From a virus: a stretch of DNA of 64,000 bases. The stretch lies in IMG/VR virus record IMGVR_UViG_3300022074_000005; one strand, given 5' to 3'. Under the pieces are notes generated by a model that had not been told where the DNA came from, did not search any database, and was given only the letters and a program-made list of their open reading frames with translations. Shown piece after piece: positions 57,619 through 64,000 of the stretch. The stretch's first letter is position 1. Every line of letters begins with the position of its first letter. A program made the position numbers and the translations under genes.

Positions 57619-59112
57619 TTAAAACTCAATAATTATCTTAACATCTTCAGTTTGATCTGATACCCTTTGAATTGGTTTTCTATTTTCAATATAAACTATA
57701 TTACCACTATCTGGTTGCAACTCTGGGTTTGCATATCCACTTGTTAGTGTAACTGTATTTCCGTTTGCAAGTGTGACTGTTTCAGAACCAGTTGACGATG
57801 GTGTACCTACCGCATTTGTAGTTGCACCTGTAATAGAATTTGTACCACTAAATGCTGTAAAACTTTGTGTAGTTGTTGCTGTGCCGTAAGTAGAAAATCT
57901 TTCTTGTTGATAATACAATAATTTTCTTGTGGCATCCCACTCAACAACTCTACCTACTGCACCAGTTGTTGCTTGAGTGATTTGTTCATCAACATCAAAA
58001 GTTCCTGTGGCTGAAGAGAACTTAACAACATTGGTTTGTCTAGCTGTAGTTGCAGACGCCACGGTAGTTGTACCATAATTGGTAGGGTCAACTACTATGC
58101 CAACTTGTCTAAAGTCATTTTGTACTGTAAAGTCATCACCTTCAGCTTGTGTTATAGTTGTATTTGCTATTACAAAATGACCACCTAATTCCTCTACTGC
58201 ATCTTTACCATGGCCATCTTTTGGTGAGATGATTATTCTTACATCTCCACCTGAACCTGAACCGATGTTTGCAGAACTTGTTAAAGCTGCATCTGAGAAT
58301 ACGTTTGTTAAAGAAACTTTTCCAAAAGTATATGCAGCTCCACCTGCGTGTATTGTTGTATCTGTACCAGCAGTTAATCCAAAACTTGCGATTGAACCAC
58401 CTGATACTGTAATTCTTATAATTGCACCACTTGATGTTCCTTGACTTGTACCATCACCAAACACAGGTGCGTAGTATGTTCCGTCTGTATAACCTGAACC
58501 AGCAGTTATTTTAATTGATTCTATTTTGCCATCTACTGCAGCTGCAGAAACAGTTGTATCTGTAGATACAGGTATGTAATCTGTAGTAATAAACTTTACA
58601 GCTTCAGACGCTGTGATTGTGTACATGTATTTTATAATGTATCCGCCTGATGCGAATGGTGATGTACTTGTAGATGTTGGCTCGGAGCCTGAAAATGCAG
58701 CCCCAGCATTATTGTCAAGAACTTTATACACATCTTTATTAGAAGTCATGAAATAAAATCTTGAACCATAAATTGAGGAAGCACCTGAAGCTGTAGTGTT
58801 CGAAGATGAAACTCTATCATCGTACATATCAAAGACTGTAGAATTGGCCCAGTTAACTCTAGGAAGTGCGAAAGAGATATCTGAACTTGTAATTTTTTTA
58901 GCCCCTAACATAGAATCCCATAGATAGAATTCATTTGATATGGCATCGGCTGGCGTTGGTGGAGCTGTATCTGTACCACCTGAAGTACCAGTTGTGAAAG
59001 GCATTGGTTTGCCTAAGAATAAGTAATAAGTTGACGCAGCTGATTCACTAAAGGACTCGTGAAACTGATTTGCGTTATGTTGTCTAAATTTTTCTGTTAT
59101 AATTGCTGTCAT
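57619..59112 (-). CDS. gp8: Baseplate wedge protein (gp8-like)
   Basis: AIITEKFR, YLFLGKP, VYKVLDN, GYIIKYMY, GHGKDAVEELG, QTEDVKIIIEF. Confidence 0.9.
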   Translation of the reverse strand: MTAIITEKFRQHNANQFHESFSESAASTYYLFLGKPMPFTTGTSGGTDTAPPTPADAISNEFYLWDSMLGAKKITSSDISFALPRVNWANSTVFDMYDDRVSSSNTTASGASSIYGSRFYFMTSNKDVYKVLDNNAGAAFSGSEPTSTSTSPFASGGYIIKYMYTITASEAVKFITTDYIPVSTDTTVSAAAVDGKIESIKITAGSGYTDGTYYAPVFGDGTSQGTSSGAIIRITVSGGSIASFGLTAGTDTTIHAGGAAYTFGKVSLTNVFSDAALTSSANIGSGSGGDVRIIISPKDGHGKDAVEELGGHFVIANTTITQAEGDDFTVQNDFRQVGIVVDPTNYGTTTVASATTARQTNVVKFSSATGTFDVDEQITQATTGAVGRVVEWDATRKLLYYQQERFSTYGTATTTQSFTAFSGTNSITGATTNAVGTPSSTGSETVTLANGNTVTLTSGYANPELQPDSGNIVYIENRKPIQRVSDQTEDVKIIIEF

Positions 59113-59131
59113 TGGTATACACTTCCTTTTG

Positions 59132-59148
59132 TATTTATATTATTTATA
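59132..59148 (-). promoter_or_regulatory. Tandem late promoters TATAAATA x2 (gp8)
   Basis: Exact copies at 59132-39 and 59141-48. Confidence 0.8.
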
Positions 59149-59153
59149 CGATA

Positions 59154-62100
59154 TTAAGAACTCCTTATCTCAATAACCGAAGATTTTACAACTGCTCTAC
59201 TTCCTAATTGTATTACTCTTAACGGTATATCTTCTTTTAATATTTCTGGTCCACTAGAGAAACGTAAACTTGCATGTGGTATTTGACCCTCACTAGCAAT
59301 TAAAGTAGAATCTTCTAATAATATATGATCTATTTGTGCAGCTGCATCATCAACATCTCTTTCTGATAATAATCTAAACCCTGCGTCTGTTCCGCTACTA
59401 TCAGTTCCGTCTAATATTAGACTATCAGTTGATACATCTTGACTTGCATCTTCTAGTAAAAATGCGTCTGCAAAATTCTTTTGTGTTGTTTTTTCATATT
59501 GTGCTCTAGCACCTGGTACCATTGTACTATCTTCTAATAATAAAAACTGTTTATTAGATGTGGTTGAGAAAGCCTCTGCAATGATAACACCATCCTCTTC
59601 TAAAATAAATCTTTCATCACCAGAACCTGTTTTTTCTGATATAATAAAATCATCTTGATCTGTTACTTGACCTGATAATTCTCCACTTGTTATTAAGTGT
59701 CCGTCTAATTTTATGAAACCATCTATCTCTAATTTGATACCATCAAAGTCAGGTGCCGATGCATTATTAATATCTGAACTTCCATTATCCAAACCTCTGT
59801 TAGATAATAATTCATCTGCAACTATACTGTCTTCAAATATTATAAAACCAGAATTATCTTCTAATTCTAAAGGTGACACAGCATCAAATTCTAATATTAC
59901 TTTATTACTAAATCTTAAACCTTGTACATCTATTAAGTCACTTGGTTGTCCTAGTATAATTCTATCTGGTCTAACTATATCAACAATTCGTAAATCTTCA
60001 AAAGCAGATATTGGAATTGAGTCATTTGTTTTCTGTGAGTCTTCTAATATCATTTTATCAAAGACAGAGTGTACTGTAGCTGCGTTAAATGTAAATGATG
60101 AGTCTTCCATTTTTAATCTACTTGTATCACCAATACCTGTTCCACTTTCTAATATTATATTATCGCCTGCATCCGTACCACTTACTGCTGTTGCATTTAA
60201 CACTATAAAAGAAATCACTGGTATTGGGTCTACACCATCTAGTCTTAATACTTCAGTTTCAGAACCCTCTAATTGTATTCCCTCACTATCAGGAAACATA
60301 CCACCATTACCTACTGCACCACTAACAGTTCTCATAAAGTTTTGTGAAGCTCTTGCTGTTGCTTTTGATTGAATATTTTTTTGGAATAGAGGTATAAAAT
60401 TAGTTTGAGCTTTATCACTAGGTGCTAAAGAAGTTTCTGCCATTATTCTTCCACCTGCACCAAATTGATCTATTGTACCATCTTCAAATAAGAAAGCATC
60501 ACCTGCATCTGTAGATGAACCAGCAGTTGAGTTAATTACAATTTTATCATCTCTATGACCTAATCTACTTGATACTTGTACAGCTTGAGAAGTTCTTCTA
60601 AACAATTCATCAAACAATGTTGTAAGTACAGAACCAAGAATAGGTGAGAACTCAGAACCACCAGATGCTGTAATTGCATTTGATAAAAATGATGCAATAC
60701 TAACTTTACCAAAAGGTGCAAACCCAGATGGGTGTACTGCTCTTCTTAACTCGTTAATGTATGTAGCGATTGATTGGCCGACTTGAACTTCATAAGAAAA
60801 TTGTTGATAGTAGTAAGAGTCTTGAACACGAATCAAGTCCTCGCCAATCAACGATTCAATGTTTACATACTTACCGTCTGTAATTTGTTTTACTCCAGCA
60901 CTTACCGTACCAGTAGCAATATCTGCTAATAAAACTGTACCCGATGCACTTGCAGTTGATATTGTAACAGCTGCATCCTCAGAAAAATCAATCTTCTCTT
61001 GTAGTATTAAACTATCGCCAGCATTATTTGTGCCATCTGTAGAGTTTAGTGTAATAAAGTCTGCAGCATCAACACCTGTTTCATCTAATATTTTTCCACC
61101 ATCGTCACTAGCTTCTAGTGTAATTAAATTACCAAAATCTTCGTTCTTTAATTGATTACCATCTTCATCTAATATAAATGCTGTGCCTGTATCAATTAAT
61201 GTATCGATTAATATTTTACTTCCAGCATCCGTTACTAATCCCTCTTGAGATTGTTCAGTTATAAACACACCAGAGTTATCCTCTAATGCTATTGCTAGTA
61301 AAGGATTAGCACCATTAACAGGTTCTGCTAATATTTTAAATATGTTTGCACTTGTACCATCTAGTAATAAATCTTCTTGATTATCCCTTACAAAACTTTG
61401 TGGTGTATTAGTTTCTATAACTCCACCCATACCAGAATGATTGACACAATAATAATAAAGTGTAGGTGCATTTGCAGCTATTGTTATTTGAATGTATGCA
61501 CCAGTAGTACCTGTTTGAATTGTAATAGGGGACTCAGTTACACCAGTTGTATAAGCTGTACCATCTGCATGTGTGCCATTTGGTGTAGTAGAAAATCTTA
61601 ATTGATGTCTGTTTGTAGCTAAACTATCTCCTAAAGAACTATCTGATAAATCAAAGTAGTAAGTATTACCTTCAACTAATTTTAAACTTTTTTGTCTCTC
61701 ATTATTAATTTCAAATACATTTGCAGTATCATCAGCATTTCTAACTTTTTTAACAACAACATTTATTAATCTTGTCGCTGGTGTAGCAATACTTGTACCA
61801 TCTAATATAATATTATCATTTGGTGTACCAACTATATCTTGAACTTCTTCCATAAGAACATTATGACCTGCAAGTCCTCTTGTATCTTCTTGCACAAAAG
61901 GTGCGTTAAAAGTAGTTGCTTGTTCATGTCTTATTTTTATAATGTCTTCTAAAGTAATATCTAATTGTTGAGTAGTAGGGTTCCAAGCTTTTACTTCACC
62001 TGTATGAGATGTAAGAGTTTCACCTGCAACAAACGAACCTGTAATATTTTTTAATATGAAGTGAGCTCTGAAACGCATGTCTGGTAAATCGCTTGCGTCA

Positions 62101-63998
62101 TAATCAAAACCAGAGTCATTTACTTTTAATGATTCTATAGCACCAATGTCTTTTGTTAATGCTAAAACTTTTGCACCAGAACCACTAACAGTTTCAAAAC
62201 TAATAGTAGGAATAGATTTGTAACCTTGACCTTTATCATTTAAAAATATTTTATTAATAGATGATGCAGTAGAACTACCAAAAGTGCCAGGTTCTAAAAA
62301 TATCTGATCGGTGTCATCACCAAAAGTATCTAAGGTTGTTTGAGTTTCATCTGTAATAATTCTATCATTTGCATTTGAACTAGATGAATCAGTACCATTC
62401 AAAACAATCTTATCGTTTTCTGTAACAGGGTAAGATACTTGAGTTTCAGAATTGTATTGTGTAGTAGGTGGATTAGCTAAACCATAGTTTCTTTCTGAAC
62501 TTGGCATATAAAAAGTTTTGCCAGGAAACTCTATAAACTTAAATGGGTTAGAGCTATCAGTTCCACCAGCTGCAGCTGCAGTTAAGAACAATGGATAGTA
62601 GTAACCTTTTCGTCCACCACCAAGTTGTTGATCACCACCAACTACAGTCTCACCAGTGGCAAGAATATAGTAAGGACCATTACCTGTTTCATTTGATTCT
62701 AATTGTATGTTAAATTCTTCAGAGCTTGATGTAGTTCCAATCTCTTTTAATAAATTGCCTGATGTTGTATCTGTAGCTGTTTCTAATTCTACACCTCCAC
62801 CAAGTATTGATATAATACCTTCAGCTGCATTGATACCACCACCTGTAGAAAATATTGCTTTCTCACCAAGTCTATAACCAGTACCAACATCTTGTATGAA
62901 AGTATCTGATACTGAACCAGATTTTAAACTGTTAACTAATACATCTGCAAAACCATTTCCTTTATCGCTGTCAATAACTGTTGCTTCAGACTCAGAATGT
63001 AGAATACCATCATTGCTTAAGTTTGCTTTATTAATAACTGTTTTTACAACAAACTCAATTTCTAAATCTACAGAGTTTGATATACAAGTTATAGTCTCAC
63101 CAGTTTGAAAACTTGCACCTTGTGATTCATTTTCTAAAGCAAATTCTATTACAGACGTTGTACCTTGTTGGAAAGTAGATGCTGATGCTACAACAGCAGT
63201 TGCACCTGAAGTTCCACCAGTAATAACTTGGTTAATAGCTTCTTGACCTGTAGCATTACCACTAGATGCAACTCTAATTAAAATTTGATTACGCCAATTA
63301 CCATCTGATACTCGTAACATGTTTTCATTAGGATAAAATATTTCAGAGTTCTCATTTAATAATATTTTCATAAAGGTCTTATGACCTTCTTTAGTTCCTT
63401 TGGATGAATATAAGTCTTTAATATTTTTTACTAATTTTCTTTTAGATACTTCACTTGCTAAACTATTTGGAATAGTTGCCATGAATGAATTTCTTACTTG
63501 ATCAAAAAATTCAAATAAAGTATTATCTGTATCTGCGTAATCTAAAAGTTGTTGAATGTTTTGGACAGGGTTTGCTTTGTAAGTAACAATCTTAGCTTCT
63601 GCACCAGAAGTTAATCCTTTGATTGTTTCTCCGATTTGAAATCTTTGGTTTGCAGTGGTATATAAAGAAACGTTTCTTACATCTTCTACAATTACTTTTG
63701 CCTCTGCACCAGACGTTTGACCTTTTACAGTTTCACCTGCTGTATATTCTGTACTATCTTCTAAAACTATTCTATCTACAGCTGCACCAAGTATTCCGTT
63801 TTCAGATAATAGATATTGTTTTGTTTCTGGTTCTAGAATTACATAGTTTGTAGTGAAGTCTAAAGTTATTTTTGCTGACTCTAGAAATGTAAAATAGTCT
63901 TCAACAAAATCTTTAAAAATAGTATGATCTGATCTTACGAAATCAGGTAACTGAGTTTCGATTTGTTGTGATACTTTGTTTATTAGTTTAGGGTCATT
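59154..63998 (-). CDS. Baseplate wedge initiator (gp7-like), start just outside window
   Basis: Frame is open beyond the track start at 63482 to the edge (NDPKLINKVSQQIETQLPDFVRSDH...); also IKDLYSSKGT, QDSYYYQQFSYEV and VHPSGF. Confidence 0.88.
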   Translation of the reverse strand, partial: NDPKLINKVSQQIETQLPDFVRSDHTIFKDFVEDYFTFLESAKITLDFTTNYVILEPETKQYLLSENGILGAAVDRIVLEDSTEYTAGETVKGQTSGAEAKVIVEDVRNVSLYTTANQRFQIGETIKGLTSGAEAKIVTYKANPVQNIQQLLDYADTDNTLFEFFDQVRNSFMATIPNSLASEVSKRKLVKNIKDLYSSKGTKEGHKTFMKILLNENSEIFYPNENMLRVSDGNWRNQILIRVASSGNATGQEAINQVITGGTSGATAVVASASTFQQGTTSVIEFALENESQGASFQTGETITCISNSVDLEIEFVVKTVINKANLSNDGILHSESEATVIDSDKGNGFADVLVNSLKSGSVSDTFIQDVGTGYRLGEKAIFSTGGGINAAEGIISILGGGVELETATDTTSGNLLKEIGTTSSSEEFNIQLESNETGNGPYYILATGETVVGGDQQLGGGRKGYYYPLFLTAAAAGGTDSSNPFKFIEFPGKTFYMPSSERNYGLANPPTTQYNSETQVSYPVTENDKIVLNGTDSSSSNANDRIITDETQTTLDTFGDDTDQIFLEPGTFGSSTASSINKIFLNDKGQGYKSIPTISFETVSGSGAKVLALTKDIGAIESLKVNDSGFDYDASDLPDMRFRAHFILKNITGSFVAGETLTSHTGEVKAWNPTTQQLDITLEDIIKIRHEQATTFNAPFVQEDTRGLAGHNVLMEEVQDIVGTPNDNIILDGTSIATPATRLINVVVKKVRNADDTANVFEINNERQKSLKLVEGNTYYFDLSDSSLGDSLATNRHQLRFSTTPNGTHADGTAYTTGVTESPITIQTGTTGAYIQITIAANAPTLYYYCVNHSGMGGVIETNTPQSFVRDNQEDLLLDGTSANIFKILAEPVNGANPLLAIALEDNSGVFITEQSQEGLVTDAGSKILIDTLIDTGTAFILDEDGNQLKNEDFGNLITLEASDDGGKILDETGVDAADFITLNSTDGTNNAGDSLILQEKIDFSEDAAVTISTASASGTVLLADIATGTVSAGVKQITDGKYVNIESLIGEDLIRVQDSYYYQQFSYEVQVGQSIATYINELRRAVHPSGFAPFGKVSIASFLSNAITASGGSEFSPILGSVLTTLFDELFRRTSQAVQVSSRLGHRDDKIVINSTAGSSTDAGDAFLFEDGTIDQFGAGGRIMAETSLAPSDKAQTNFIPLFQKNIQSKATARASQNFMRTVSGAVGNGGMFPDSEGIQLEGSETEVLRLDGVDPIPVISFIVLNATAVSGTDAGDNIILESGTGIGDTSRLKMEDSSFTFNAATVHSVFDKMILEDSQKTNDSIPISAFEDLRIVDIVRPDRIILGQPSDLIDVQGLRFSNKVILEFDAVSPLELEDNSGFIIFEDSIVADELLSNRGLDNGSSDINNASAPDFDGIKLEIDGFIKLDGHLITSGELSGQVTDQDDFIISEKTGSGDERFILEEDGVIIAEAFSTTSNKQFLLLEDSTMVPGARAQYEKTTQKNFADAFLLEDASQDVSTDSLILDGTDSSGTDAGFRLLSERDVDDAAAQIDHILLEDSTLIASEGQIPHASLRFSSGPEILKEDIPLRVIQLGSRAVVKSSVIEIRSS

Positions 63999-64000
63999 AG

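Noticed and set aside
59154-63482. Track start of the gp7-like gene at 63482
   Set aside because: The frame stays open to the window edge and encodes the recognisable N-terminal QLPDFV motif, so 63482 is an internal Met
765-63853. Many plus-strand ORFs in the track (e.g. 765-1121, 9605-9985, 19673-20029, 31365-31895, 35735-37366, 59713-60372)
   Set aside because: Antisense shadows of well-supported minus-strand genes, with no motifs and no evident expression signals
1-64000. CRISPR array, tRNA or rRNA genes, integrase or transposase
   Set aside because: Intergenic gaps are short; no regularly spaced repeats, cloverleaf or recombinase motifs were seen by eye (tRNAscan and Infernal not run)

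Overview
This window is an AT-rich segment of a T4-like myovirus genome, with almost all genes on the minus strand. A peptide deformylase, hsp20, cobS/cobT and an alphaproteobacterial-style heat-shock promoter suggest a marine SAR11-type (pelagimyophage-like) host; this is inference. The core is intact and in T4-like order. Replication and recombination genes are gp43 (cut by the left edge), regA, gp62, gp44, gp45, gp46, gp47, gp55, uvsW and uvsY. Head, tail and packaging genes are gp3, gp23, gp22, gp21, gp20, gp19, gp18, gp17, gp16, gp15, gp14 and gp13, followed by fibres, a 2121-aa virion protein, gp8 and a gp7-like baseplate gene cut by the right edge. The striking feature is about 17 sugar-synthesis and tailoring genes wedged singly or in small groups into the junctions between core genes, mostly translationally coupled. 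They include a clear DesII-like radical SAM amino-sugar deaminase, a DegT-type aminotransferase, an NDP-sugar SDR enzyme and four glycosyltransferase-like proteins. They also include an amidinotransferase, an O-carbamoyltransferase, two SGNH proteins, two or three methyltransferases and three radical SAM/SPASM(twitch) enzymes. Together they look like a dispersed phage pathway for an unusual amino/deoxy, decorated glycan, with several members under late-promoter control. Also seen are a probable ROSE RNA thermometer and RpoH-like promoter on hsp20, overlapping divergent promoters, a G-rich origin-like intergenic element and short duplication scars. No tRNA, rRNA, CRISPR array, intron or intein was recognised. 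All family assignments come from motif recognition, not database searches.
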